From an uncultured virus (IMG/VR IMGVR_UViG_3300024306_000016) (Duplodnaviria; Heunggongvirae; Uroviricota; Caudoviricetes), in IMG/VR virus record IMGVR_UViG_3300024306_000016: a stretch of 60,545 nt of DNA. One strand, written 5' to 3'. The notes under the pieces were generated by a model. It saw only the letters and a list, made by a program, of their open reading frames with translations. It was not told the DNA's origin and searched no databases. Both the position numbers and the translations under genes were made by a program. Below are positions 1 through 9,804 of the stretch, piece by piece (position 1 is the stretch's first letter; the number at the start of each line of letters is the position of its first letter).

Positions 1-212
1 GTCGTTTCGAATAATAGTAGAGGTAACGTGTCAGCTAAAAACTGTGCATACTCTTCAGCATCTTCTTCGTCTTCGAAGCCACTAAACTTAACATATACAT
101 CAGGTGATTCATTGCCAACGACTACTTCGATGTCTAGATCGTCTCTGGAAATAAACTCTTCGTTATCAGCCAGTTCTTCTTCTACTACTTCTTCTTTAGG
201 TCTTTTAGGCAT
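1..212 (-). CDS. acidic hypothetical protein, partial (runs off the left edge)
   Basis: Not in the ORF track. ATG at 212 overlaps the upstream stop (TAATG). Reads MPKRPKEEVVEEELADNEEFISRDDLDIEVVVGNESPDVYVKFSGFEDEEDAEEYAQFLADTLPLLLFET with no stop. Confidence 0.7.
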   Translation of the reverse strand, partial: MPKRPKEEVVEEELADNEEFISRDDLDIEVVVGNESPDVYVKFSGFEDEEDAEEYAQFLADTLPLLLFET

Positions 213-895
213 TATAAAATTTTCGCTTCTTTAACAACGTCTTTGATGAGTTCGATATCAGCAGGCAGTGCTTTAAACCTTCGAATCCAGAACTGTGGAT
301 CTATAATCGGGCCTATTATTTCTAACTGCTCATCGTTCATCCTAGACAACATCTCTTTCCCCGATTTGGTATTTAACACTAACCAAGGACTTACCAATCC
401 TTCTCGGATATCGTGTGTGGCTCTGTTTAGATTGACGTATTGAAAATAATGCTCCCACGGTGCATTGTTAGCATCACCCCAATCCATCATAGTTTTAATA
501 GATCGCTGTATAGCACCGTCTGCAGGCTCTTTTTTTACTAGTTCGCTAAGGTATTGTTCATAGAGTTCGTCTCGACACCAGTGATCTAGTTTCACTCCAC
601 TCTTTACAACAAAATCAATAAACTGTTCAGGATATATAGGCGAGGTATTGATCAGAAAGCTGCCAAACTTAACGAATGCCGTGTAATAAGGACTGGCTTC
701 AAACTCATCAAATGTCTTAGGAGTTTTATTCTTTTGTGCGACTTCATAGAACTTTTGAAACGTGAGAAGACCTGCTTGTACATGCCGTTCATTACGGCTG
801 ATGTATCTACGCTTCTGCTCACAAAGGTGAACTACTAAAGTTTTTTCTTTAGCGAATAACTTACCGCAGTGTTCACACTTATAGTTTAAGTCCAT
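212..895 (-). CDS. hypothetical protein with N-terminal zinc finger
   Basis: YKCEHCGKLFAKEKTLVVHLCEQKRR is a C2H2/C2HC-type finger. Start moved to Met at 895 to limit overlap with the upstream gene. Confidence 0.65.
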   Translation of the reverse strand: MDLNYKCEHCGKLFAKEKTLVVHLCEQKRRYISRNERHVQAGLLTFQKFYEVAQKNKTPKTFDEFEASPYYTAFVKFGSFLINTSPIYPEQFIDFVVKSGVKLDHWCRDELYEQYLSELVKKEPADGAIQRSIKTMMDWGDANNAPWEHYFQYVNLNRATHDIREGLVSPWLVLNTKSGKEMLSRMNDEQLEIIGPIIDPQFWIRRFKALPADIELIKDVVKEAKIL

Positions 896-1358
896 TGATT
901 TCTTTTTTATCCCAACCAAGTGTCTCACAGTATTCCTTTATCTCTTTATCTGTAGTGATAGCGGCCAATGCAGAAATATCATCAAGTTTCATATTGGGAA
1001 ACAGTTCCGATAAAACTTCTTCTTTGCGATTCTTAACTTTCTTTAAAGGAATCCATTCGTGAAAATGTGCTTTCTTAGATTCATGACTACATGCCACTAG
1101 AGTAAGCCATTGTAGCTTTGGGTGTGCGCTGATCTCATTCCAGTTCTTGTTGTAGTATTCATTAACTGTTAGGAGATAATGCTCTTGTAGTTCAGAGTTG
1201 CTGGTTTTAACACTGCTGATATATCTATTAAGATTGAAGAGGTCGCCTTTGATTTCTTTGCGACCTTCATCAGTGGCGGCATCCCAAAGCTCTTTGATAC
1301 CCATATCAACAGCAGGTATCATATCTTTGAATAGGTCTACGTGTTTATTCTTGCCCAT
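879..1358 (-). CDS. putative clamp-loader small subunit (T4 gp62-like)
   Basis: FNLNRYISS...VNEYYN...PKLQWL...FHEWIP resembles the gp62 family pattern; size fits. Confidence 0.45.
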   Translation of the reverse strand: MGKNKHVDLFKDMIPAVDMGIKELWDAATDEGRKEIKGDLFNLNRYISSVKTSNSELQEHYLLTVNEYYNKNWNEISAHPKLQWLTLVACSHESKKAHFHEWIPLKKVKNRKEEVLSELFPNMKLDDISALAAITTDKEIKEYCETLGWDKKEINGLKL

Positions 1359-1629
1359 CTTTCTTACTCAGCTCATATATTATTTTAGCACGATCTAATG
1401 CGTCTTGCAAGTTTTTGTTGGTTTTTGCCGCCAATCGTATCTCGTGCCACAGTTGATTTTCTAATACAGTTTCTCTCGCGGTACCTCGAACTCTTGCAGG
1501 ATTATCTTCAAGTTGCCAGTCATAACCTATCACGATGCGACTGCTAGGATCAGACCCCATCTCTCTGGCATAGACCGTACCACCTTGTCTTTCGTAGATA
1601 TAAGTTGCGCCCGGTTTTAACGATCCCAT
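1345..1629 (-). CDS. hypothetical protein
   Basis: 94-aa ORF tiled with both neighbours. Confidence 0.6.
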   Translation of the reverse strand: MGSLKPGATYIYERQGGTVYAREMGSDPSSRIVIGYDWQLEDNPARVRGTARETVLENQLWHEIRLAAKTNKNLQDALDRAKIIYELSKKDGQE

Positions 1630-1877
1630 CTCAGTTCTCCTTTAAGAGCTTTGGTCATAAAAGTTTCCTTGGAATAGCAACGAAACTCTACTACCGCTTC
1701 AGTCGGTCCTGGGTATAGGGCCACGCCATGGTATGCAGGCACGAACCATAGAATTTTTTTCGTGATATGACATTTCTTTGGAAGCCAACAAAACTCTTTT
1801 TTCCATGCAGCAGTACGTTCGAACCCATCGTAGTTTTCACCCCAATATCTCCTACTTGTATCTGTGCCTGGTATCAT
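1617..1877 (-). CDS. hypothetical protein
   Basis: 86-aa ORF with ATGA coupling to the upstream gene. Confidence 0.55.
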   Translation of the reverse strand: MIPGTDTSRRYWGENYDGFERTAAWKKEFCWLPKKCHITKKILWFVPAYHGVALYPGPTEAVVEFRCYSKETFMTKALKGELRWDR

Positions 1878-2380
1878 AGTATTTTTTCCAACTGCAATAC
1901 TTCACTCTGTCTGCTAACTTCTTTGACAAAATATGCACATGGAGGATTTTCTCCATCATGCAATGGTACTGTTAGCAGTTGTCCGTTTTTCATCTTTGGA
2001 AAATACCATTTAACATCTTGAAAAATATTTACTATCTCAATCGGATAAAACTCTGCCTTAAAACCTTTTATAGGATTGAAGATCAATGCATCAAACCCTC
2101 TTTCGTTGATGCTAGTTAGTGGAAGGACTTCTGGATCTAAGCCGCATTCCTTGTCACCAACTACCATGCACCAATCTAAAGGCATCTGTACTTCATATCC
2201 GCCTATGTTTAGTAATATAGCAGGACTATTAAAAGATTCAAGAAAAATCAGCGGCATAAAAAAGAAATCCGGTTCGTTGGGATTACTGTTATCTAGCACA
2301 CTGAATCTAGTATCTTCATCTACTTCGTCTGGTAGTTCATTCAAATCGAATGATGTGTTGTTTAATGTTAATATTCTCAT
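1874..2380 (-). CDS. hypothetical protein, possibly a degenerate Hint-like beta fold
   Basis: 168-aa ORF coupled to uvsW by ATGA overlap; beta-rich pattern. Confidence 0.65.
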   Translation of the reverse strand: MRILTLNNTSFDLNELPDEVDEDTRFSVLDNSNPNEPDFFFMPLIFLESFNSPAILLNIGGYEVQMPLDWCMVVGDKECGLDPEVLPLTSINERGFDALIFNPIKGFKAEFYPIEIVNIFQDVKWYFPKMKNGQLLTVPLHDGENPPCAYFVKEVSRQSEVLQLEKIL

Positions 2381-3831
2381 GTGTTTACCTTTGTAACCGT
2401 GAACGGATACTTTGCTTCCTTATAATATTTTTTGCGTTCGGTGAGATGTCGCTTGGCATACTTACAGGTGCTGGTGATGTCCCAGATCTGTACGAAGTCT
2501 TTGTCTTCTGCTTTTCTAATGCCTCGCCCAATGCTTTGTATAACGCGGACAAAGCTCTTTCCGGGCTCAATAAGAACCAGATTAAAAATCCTTGGAATAT
2601 TAATGCCAACAGCGGCCACACCGTAAGTCGCCACAATAACCTTGTCATCACTTGTTTTAACTTCATCATATTCTTCCTTGCGTTCGTCTAGTTTAACAGC
2701 ACCGCTGATAAAGACAGCATCAGGAATCCTATCAATGAGTTTTTCTCCTGTATCAATGCGATTCACTAATACAAGAGTATTTCCAGTAGACCTAAAACTT
2801 TTTATTTTGTCGGCGATCCAGTCTAATCTTTTGCTGTCAGTTACTAACCAAGTATATTCTTCTTGATAGTTCCTAAATACCTGCACATCAGATGTCTGTA
2901 ATATTTGTATATCTAGTTTTGCTAGAACATCTTTTTGCTGGAGATCGTGTGCTGTGACTTGATTGATTACTGGACCTATACTGGCCAAAACACTTTGAAA
3001 CTCCCACTTTTCTTTAGGAATGGTTCCTGTTAACCCCCAACGTATTCCGCAGTTACGGAAGTTCTGAGTTAACAGTTTTGTCAGCACATCTGCCTTAGCC
3101 TGATGTACCTCGTCGACTATGACAGCCACGACTCCTTCGCAGAACTCTGCTAGTGTTAGGCTTTCTTCGTCATAGCTTTTCTTATCTAGCACATTGAGAC
3201 TTTGCCATGTGCATACTGTGTGTGTCCTATTGAGTTCTTTCCTATCGCCGAAATAAACACCGACATCTAAGCCGAGATTTTTGTAGTCCGCTTCAGTTTG
3301 TTCAACAAGCGATTTGTTCGGAACAATAACCATCGTACGACCATATACCTCACAAAGATGCGATAACGTCGCAGTAGTAATCGTTTTGCCTGCACCTGTA
3401 GCTACCTCCTGTAGTGATTGCGGGTTCTCTAAAAACTTATTGACTACGTCATATTGATAATCACGAAGTACAATAGGTTCTCCGGCAAACTGATGACCTT
3501 CTGGCCATGTTTTGCCTTGCTTTGACCAATAATCATCACCGATAAGATCAAACTTAAAATCGTGTGATACACGTTGGTCTTCTACTTCTATATCGTAACC
3601 CGAATCCTCGATTATAGGAAGTATTACATCAAGATGCGCTAGATATCCGTTTCCACCGATACCAAAAAATGTTTTTGTTCCATCCCAGCGACCTAACTTA
3701 TAGGCGGGCATGTGTCGAGCGTATGGTAGGTCGAACTTTAACTTGTTTACAATCTTTCGCCGTGTCTCAACAGCCAGACCTTCAAACTTAATATTAACTT
3801 CGTCTTTTATTATTAGTTTACAGTTCGACAA
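2377..3831 (-). CDS. uvsW: UvsW-like SF2 DNA helicase
   Basis: LRDYQ Q-motif, ATGAGKT Walker A, DEVH, GLTGT, QSIGRGIR motif VI, WDI. Confidence 0.9.
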   Translation of the reverse strand: MSNCKLIIKDEVNIKFEGLAVETRRKIVNKLKFDLPYARHMPAYKLGRWDGTKTFFGIGGNGYLAHLDVILPIIEDSGYDIEVEDQRVSHDFKFDLIGDDYWSKQGKTWPEGHQFAGEPIVLRDYQYDVVNKFLENPQSLQEVATGAGKTITTATLSHLCEVYGRTMVIVPNKSLVEQTEADYKNLGLDVGVYFGDRKELNRTHTVCTWQSLNVLDKKSYDEESLTLAEFCEGVVAVIVDEVHQAKADVLTKLLTQNFRNCGIRWGLTGTIPKEKWEFQSVLASIGPVINQVTAHDLQQKDVLAKLDIQILQTSDVQVFRNYQEEYTWLVTDSKRLDWIADKIKSFRSTGNTLVLVNRIDTGEKLIDRIPDAVFISGAVKLDERKEEYDEVKTSDDKVIVATYGVAAVGINIPRIFNLVLIEPGKSFVRVIQSIGRGIRKAEDKDFVQIWDITSTCKYAKRHLTERKKYYKEAKYPFTVTKVNT

Positions 3832-5020
3832 TTTTCTTATTCCTCGATCTAGTAGGTTTTATATCGCCCACATAAATCACACAAGGATGAGAATCAATCC
3901 AGTCTCGTGTGATGGGTCCAGGTGAAGGATACAAACCATTACTAGCTAATAGTGTAACATGTTTTGTTTCTTTAAACAACCACTTTGCCGGCTTTCCTTT
4001 GAAGATTAAAATGTTTCCACCTTCAACGGGTCCGCCTACATTGGCATCTTTGATCCATTGATTGAATCCGTCATCGATAGTTTTATCTTGCCTAAAACAA
4101 ACACGTACCTTGGTGATGTCATGCCCCATGTCATTGACCGTTTTAACAAAATCTTTGACCCATTCTATTTCATTACTATTAGGATCCAAAAGAATAGCGA
4201 CACGATCGTCGATATGATAGCAGAGATCTATAAACTCCTGCACATTTTTAATCCAAAAATGATTTTCTTCTGAGCTGGCGATCTTGTATAAAAGATTATC
4301 TGAAGCAATACGATTGCCAGGTTTATAAGGAATACCCATAGATTTCGCCAGCATTAAATCAGAAGGTAATCTATCTGTTCGAAGATTGACAAAATGATTG
4401 GATGCGTCATCAGAGACATTTTTCAATCTAATATGTCCACCATCCCAATAACAGTAAGGAACAACATCGTCTTGATTTTGCCATATTTCTTCGACTTCTC
4501 CCATGGCTATCATGAAAGTTTCATCTATTTCAAAACCATGCTTTGAAACAAAATCAAAAATGTGTATAAGGTTTGTGTCGTATAAAGGAACACGTCTTAC
4601 CTTGGCATCATGGTCCCATTGGCTACTAGTAGTTTCGGCATTTTTTCCTTCAAATTCTTCCTCAAATTCCTTCTTGAGTTGGTACGGAAACTTCAGGCAT
4701 ACATCGATGCGACCTTGATCATTTTTTTCAACATAGACTCTTTTAGAGTAGTCGATGACTCGGAATGCATTTTTCCATTTGTGGGGTTGTGTCAATATCG
4801 GTCGATAATCAAAACCCACGTTGGCCGACAAATTTTTGTGTTTTTCTAGGATTTTTATGATGTAGTTGGCTTGGGCCTGAGTCAGTCCTTTACCGCCATA
4901 GATAGCATTATAAAAACTGTGGCAGGCCGACTGGTCCTGAGACGCGATGGCAACACTCTTCCTAGAAAAGGTATCGAAAAATTCTAAGAAAACGTCTTCG
5001 ATGAAATCAGATTTTAGCAT
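3818..5020 (-). CDS. hypothetical protein (400 aa)
   Basis: Long ORF coupled to uvsW and preceded by a sigma70-type promoter. Confidence 0.75.
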   Translation of the reverse strand: MLKSDFIEDVFLEFFDTFSRKSVAIASQDQSACHSFYNAIYGGKGLTQAQANYIIKILEKHKNLSANVGFDYRPILTQPHKWKNAFRVIDYSKRVYVEKNDQGRIDVCLKFPYQLKKEFEEEFEGKNAETTSSQWDHDAKVRRVPLYDTNLIHIFDFVSKHGFEIDETFMIAMGEVEEIWQNQDDVVPYCYWDGGHIRLKNVSDDASNHFVNLRTDRLPSDLMLAKSMGIPYKPGNRIASDNLLYKIASSEENHFWIKNVQEFIDLCYHIDDRVAILLDPNSNEIEWVKDFVKTVNDMGHDITKVRVCFRQDKTIDDGFNQWIKDANVGGPVEGGNILIFKGKPAKWLFKETKHVTLLASNGLYPSPGPITRDWIDSHPCVIYVGDIKPTRSRNKKIVEL

Positions 5021-5026
5021 TTTTTA

Positions 5027-5055
5027 AGTATAGCGTAATAAAATCTGAAAGTCAA
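5027..5055 (-). promoter_or_regulatory. sigma70-type early promoter
   Basis: TTGACT-N17-TATACT, ending 6 nt before the ATG at 5020. Confidence 0.65.
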
Positions 5056-5888
5056 GACCTAATATATTTTTCTAACCTTTTTAATGGAAGACCTTCTCTG
5101 AGTTCTTCGACTAGATACTCTGTATGGCAAATCTTCGTAAACCATGTTGACCGGTCAGGCAGTGAAATTTCCTCAATTTTTTCGAAATTTCCACTCATGT
5201 CTGCAGCCAGACTTGATCGGTCACAGATTACCGGGACACCATTGATGACTGCCTGTATGGAGGGTCCGCTACAGAAGTTGACGATGCAATGATAGTTGAA
5301 ATCAAAATCAAAATCATCATATGTGCCGACCAGTTTTTTTGGTGGAATCAGGGTAAAATTCTGGTTTGGTGTTATAGACTGTGACCTGGGATGTGGTCTT
5401 ACTACTACATGACGATCAGTGTATCTTTTTATTTCATTTACAGTTTCATTGACCCACACGTTCATCGGAGGATTGGTTTCCCATTGGAGGCTGCGGTCAT
5501 GTTGACAGGCTATTAAAATCTCGTTTCTTCTGAAATTTTGAAGGGGTTTAAGGTCGATACCCAGTTTTTTTGGTCTATCCTGATCTAGGTCTTCAGTATG
5601 ACCGAAGATGCCATAGGCGTTGATGTGATTCAGACCGATCTTCCATGTTTTGTTGCGTATCAACGAACCTACTTCGATAATGATTACCGGTCTTTGTATC
5701 CTACGACACTCCTCATAGACTGTTTTATTGGCCTGCATACGTCCATTCCAAAGCACAGACCATATAACAGAAACATCCTCGTTATGATCAACCACTTCAT
5801 GACCGATTTTTTTAACACCTTCTTCAAAAGCATCAAAAATATCCTTGCTGTTAAGAGCACCGTGTTCGCGGTACAACTTAATCTTCAT
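5052..5888 (-). CDS. capsule-polysaccharide-synthesis-like (KpsS/KpsC-like) glycosyltransferase
   Basis: ILIACQ..DRS, VVVRPHPR, NFCSGPSIQAVINGVPV. Paralogue of 7448-8368 and 8361-9128. Confidence 0.55.
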   Translation of the reverse strand: MKIKLYREHGALNSKDIFDAFEEGVKKIGHEVVDHNEDVSVIWSVLWNGRMQANKTVYEECRRIQRPVIIIEVGSLIRNKTWKIGLNHINAYGIFGHTEDLDQDRPKKLGIDLKPLQNFRRNEILIACQHDRSLQWETNPPMNVWVNETVNEIKRYTDRHVVVRPHPRSQSITPNQNFTLIPPKKLVGTYDDFDFDFNYHCIVNFCSGPSIQAVINGVPVICDRSSLAADMSGNFEKIEEISLPDRSTWFTKICHTEYLVEELREGLPLKRLEKYIRS

Positions 5889-6642
5889 AAGATTCTTCCT
5901 CTTCTATGCTATTGAGTATGGTTTCGTTATTAATACCGTCCTTGGCTCCTGCTTTGTAGTGTTGTATGTAAGGAGCCATGACACTTCTTGGTATAGGGGT
6001 CTTATGTTTTTGACCAGGGTTCAACTCAAACATCGCTGCTCCCTTCTCTTCTAGTTCGGCCACAACGGCTCCATAGACCTCGCCATCATAAAATCTCCTA
6101 AGATTATATCCCAAATCCTTGGTATAGTATTTTTTATAGATTTTAGCAAACTCTGGAAACATTCTATGTGTTTTGTTTAAGATAAAAAATCCTGTTTCAC
6201 AGCTGAAGCTAACCCTGTCAGGATTTTCTTCGCTGGGCCATGGGTGTTTTACTCCGTAATGTGTACTAAGTGTTTCTGGATTACTGAGTAAATCTAGTAG
6301 TTGTACACTCATGTCTCTTTTTGTTGCTACATCAGCGTCTAACCATATCAATCGATCGCAAGGGATGTTGTCAAATGCCCATATGATCGGAAAAGCCTTT
6401 TTGCTAAACTGTATGACCTTGGAGTTTTCTGTCCTTGAGACAAAATCTGTGTATTCTGCACCTAAAACTTTCCAGTTTATATAGTTTACTTTCTTATATT
6501 TTTGAGGCTTAACCATGTCTTCATTGAAAACATGTAGTGTGATGTCGTCGGGCCAGAATCTAGAAAATGTTTCTAGGCAAGCTCGACCACAATGGTCAAA
6601 ATATTCTTGATTTAGTGAAGTGATAACGGCATAATGTGTCAT
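5878..6642 (-). CDS. GT-A fold glycosyltransferase
   Basis: FSKKAF..WLDADV (DxD), ETGFFILN, FYDG, HYKAG. Start at 6642 gives ATGA coupling. Confidence 0.65.
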   Translation of the reverse strand: MTHYAVITSLNQEYFDHCGRACLETFSRFWPDDITLHVFNEDMVKPQKYKKVNYINWKVLGAEYTDFVSRTENSKVIQFSKKAFPIIWAFDNIPCDRLIWLDADVATKRDMSVQLLDLLSNPETLSTHYGVKHPWPSEENPDRVSFSCETGFFILNKTHRMFPEFAKIYKKYYTKDLGYNLRRFYDGEVYGAVVAELEEKGAAMFELNPGQKHKTPIPRSVMAPYIQHYKAGAKDGINNETILNSIEEEESYED

Positions 6643-7451
6643 ATATTCATCCAATATGGTTCTGTTCTGTTTACTAATAGATCTTTTGAATGAGATCTTC
6701 CAAGATCTTTCCTTGCACCTTTCAAATGATCAAGATATGCTCCCCATTCTGTGTTAATAAGTGGATGTCCCTCTCCAGTTACGATATTGCTAGACCAATC
6801 TAACTCATTTAATACTACGTTTCTTCGAACAGCATCAAAAACAAAACTATCATGCCATTCTTCTAAGGTAAAAATACCTAATTCTGCGCAATCGTACATC
6901 CATTGAAACTTTTCTAGAAAAACTTTGATCGCCGGGGACCTTAGATTCAAAGAGTACAGTCCACATTCGCTGAATTTTCTCTGTCTTCCAAGAAAACAAA
7001 GGTCTTTATCGGCAGGTATAAGACGCTGTATTGTTTCCATGGTGATTTTACTGTGACAATATGTGTCAGCATCCATCCAAATTAAGATATCTGCATCAGT
7101 TTCCCTGGCACAATGAAAAATCGCATAAACTTTGTGTGCAAATCGCACAGCATCCCATTTAAACCCCTTGCCGGCATCTTTTCTCTTGCTACGAACTGGG
7201 TCATTGCTGACATCTCCGTTGGCTTTTGGAACATTTTTCCATTTTTCCTTGAATGCCATTAGCTCTGGTATTTCTTCTAGACGTTTCAATGTTGTTTGTT
7301 GATGGTCATGAACAATACAGTTACAAAGTTCTGGATATAAATGAAGCTTAACTTCTTTTGGCCAAGTTTTGTCAAAGCTGTCTATCATACGTTGGCCATA
7401 CTTTGCTCGGCCAGCATCATTAAATGTTGTAACTACCGCATATTTTGTCAT
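6639..7451 (-). CDS. GT-A fold glycosyltransferase
   Basis: RFAHKVYAI..WMDADT (DxD), SECGL, EWHDSFVFD, DHLKG. Start at 7451 gives ATGA coupling. Confidence 0.7.
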   Translation of the reverse strand: MTKYAVVTTFNDAGRAKYGQRMIDSFDKTWPKEVKLHLYPELCNCIVHDHQQTTLKRLEEIPELMAFKEKWKNVPKANGDVSNDPVRSKRKDAGKGFKWDAVRFAHKVYAIFHCARETDADILIWMDADTYCHSKITMETIQRLIPADKDLCFLGRQRKFSECGLYSLNLRSPAIKVFLEKFQWMYDCAELGIFTLEEWHDSFVFDAVRRNVVLNELDWSSNIVTGEGHPLINTEWGAYLDHLKGARKDLGRSHSKDLLVNRTEPYWMNI

Positions 7452-8368
7452 AGGTACTCTCTTATTACTTGCCAAGCTTCACCAGATTCGAGATCTCGGA
7501 AGCTGAAATGGCTCATACTGGTTTTTCTTATCCAATGTTCTCTATCTGGCATCCAAGGATCTTCGATATTTTCTAATGTTGTGTTGGCAACTTCAAATGC
7601 TTGACTATTTTCTGGAGTGGGATCCGTGACAAATACAGGAACTCCTTCGATAACGGCAGCAACACCAGGACTGCTATTGTATGTGATCACCGCCCAAGCA
7701 TTATGAAGGTCATCTAGAAATAAACTATTTCTGCTAATCATGACTCCTGGGCGATTTAGCTTCAAATAATCTTTACTTCTTCTATCTCCAGGATGCGCTC
7801 TCACGATAATAAGACGTTTGCTGCGTTTTTGTATTTCATCAATAGTTTGATGTAACCATTGCATGACATTTAGCCCACGCATTGACCACCCACCGTCTCT
7901 CTGTAGACATATTAATATATGTTGACCTTGTTGTCTCCACGGTCTTAGATCGATCTTCAAATCTCTCTTGATCTTATTCCATTGTATATCTGTAACATGT
8001 TTATTAAAATAACATCCAGTAGTTGGAAAAACACCATCGAGACTGAATCTCAAATATTGATTAGCATTTTCAATATCTCTATAAAGAAAAAGATTACTAT
8101 CTACAGCTAAAGTATGTTTACCATGCTGTTGTTGTTTTTCTATAACATGTTTTCTAAATGCTAGATGCGGTGTACCTTGACTTCCTTCATGCACCCATCC
8201 TTGTATGACTCCAAGGTCAGTGACTAGGTGTTTAGGTTCCCATACTTCTATAACAGCATCTTTACTTTTTCTTACACCTTCAGCAAATAAACGTAATACT
8301 TCTGTTTTTTCTGATTTGGTATTATTTCTAGGAATACCTGCGTAATATACAGCTACAGTTTTACTCAT
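7448..8368 (-). CDS. KpsS/KpsC-like glycosyltransferase
   Basis: ILICLQ, IVRAHPGD, TYNSSPGVAAVIEGVPVF. Confidence 0.55.
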   Translation of the reverse strand: MSKTVAVYYAGIPRNNTKSEKTEVLRLFAEGVRKSKDAVIEVWEPKHLVTDLGVIQGWVHEGSQGTPHLAFRKHVIEKQQQHGKHTLAVDSNLFLYRDIENANQYLRFSLDGVFPTTGCYFNKHVTDIQWNKIKRDLKIDLRPWRQQGQHILICLQRDGGWSMRGLNVMQWLHQTIDEIQKRSKRLIIVRAHPGDRRSKDYLKLNRPGVMISRNSLFLDDLHNAWAVITYNSSPGVAAVIEGVPVFVTDPTPENSQAFEVANTTLENIEDPWMPDREHWIRKTSMSHFSFRDLESGEAWQVIREYL

Positions 8369-9128
8369 TAGTCACCATCCTCATGGCTGTTCCGTCTTTC
8401 ATTTCTCTGATATGAAACTGACCATAAGCTAAATGACAAGCCCATTCATATCTATTTTCTGCATACAACGGAGTTTCTATCATCGAAAGATCTTTTAAAC
8501 AGACAGGACTAGCGGCATGCGTAGGCGCAAGTACGAAACTAGGTATTCCATAAAAGACAGCTTCAGTAGCAGCATTACTGTTAAATGTTACTAGTGCAAA
8601 CACATCATCATCTAATGCCTGTTGCAATGTATTAGATAATACTCTGTCTTCTCTCCTTGGAGCTCTTTTTCTTATCTCTATCGGTCTGTCTGTATATTTT
8701 TTTATTTGTTCGATTGTCTCTTTAGTCCATGTATCTAAATCTGTGTCGTAAAACCTACAGGGTTTTTCATCAGGCAAAGCCACTAATATTTTTCGACCTG
8801 TCTTCTTCCACGGTGAAATTTCTTTATTGAATATTTTAAATCTATCGTCGGGTCTTGGTATAAGATCATTGTGTTGTAGATCGTTCTTGACTATCCTATG
8901 CCATTCTTTCCATCTACGGTTTCCGAAATAACCTGTGTCAACATAGTAAAAATCTCTGCCATCTTCCCAACAACGACGCATTATTTTATACTTGAGAATT
9001 CCACGTATAACAATAGGATCAGTGCTATCACTGTAAGCAAAAGAGGCGGTATCAGTAGGAGTACTACCGGATCCATGTGCAAGCATATTGACATATTCGT
9101 CTTGGCCGTCTTTACTTAGGAAGATCAT
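8361..9128 (-). CDS. KpsS/KpsC-like glycosyltransferase
   Basis: YVDTGYF, TDRPIEIRKR, VTFNSNAATEAVFYGIP, LAYGQF. Start at 9128 (MIFLSK). Confidence 0.55.
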   Translation of the reverse strand: MIFLSKDGQDEYVNMLAHGSGSTPTDTASFAYSDSTDPIVIRGILKYKIMRRCWEDGRDFYYVDTGYFGNRRWKEWHRIVKNDLQHNDLIPRPDDRFKIFNKEISPWKKTGRKILVALPDEKPCRFYDTDLDTWTKETIEQIKKYTDRPIEIRKRAPRREDRVLSNTLQQALDDDVFALVTFNSNAATEAVFYGIPSFVLAPTHAASPVCLKDLSMIETPLYAENRYEWACHLAYGQFHIREMKDGTAMRMVTNE

Positions 9129-9804
9129 ATTGCTGACAATATTCTGTGAGTATACGTTCTCGGTGCCAATCGCTGCCCATCGGAGTATCGGCATATTGAT
9201 AAAAACTAGGAGTACCTAATGTATAGTGTAAGAGTTTAGCGTTTGGGTTAGGACCATACTCGTCCGGTAACCAGTTCCACTCTTTAGGTAGCTCTCCGAT
9301 CCTCTCATCATTTATCCACGAAAATCTATGAAGGACAGATCCTGGCGAATTCTGTACAAACTCTGGAGTAAGTTTTCTATTAGGGAAAGTAGAACAGTTC
9401 CATAGGATGACACTAGACCAGTTTTTTCTTGGATAGTCTTCATTCTTGCTTCCTAGATATTTTTTATCAGATTTAGTCTTATAGTCATGTTTTACAACCA
9501 TGACATCTTTATCCATTTGTCGCAGTTCCCACAACTCGTTAATATCAGCCCTTACGATCATATCACCGTCAATAAAAATAGCCCATCCTTGCCAACGCAT
9601 TAGATAAGGTACTAAAAATCTCGAGTATATGAATGTATTGCTACCATCAGTGTGTGTTTCTGTATAATCTTTGAATAGATTCAACGCTACAGGAATAATA
9701 GAAACTGGTTTACTAGAGTTTCTAATAATACTGTTTACACAGGTATGATATGCAATAGCCTCTCTAGGATCATAACCTATAAAGACCGGGATGATATCAG
9801 TCAT
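9112..9804 (-). CDS. GT8-like glycosyltransferase
   Basis: FIGYDPRE, F.YSRFLVP, FIDGDM, YPRKNWSSV, LPKEWNWL, HYTLGTP. Confidence 0.8.
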   Translation of the reverse strand: MTDIIPVFIGYDPREAIAYHTCVNSIIRNSSKPVSIIPVALNLFKDYTETHTDGSNTFIYSRFLVPYLMRWQGWAIFIDGDMIVRADINELWELRQMDKDVMVVKHDYKTKSDKKYLGSKNEDYPRKNWSSVILWNCSTFPNRKLTPEFVQNSPGSVLHRFSWINDERIGELPKEWNWLPDEYGPNPNAKLLHYTLGTPSFYQYADTPMGSDWHRERILTEYCQQYDLPK

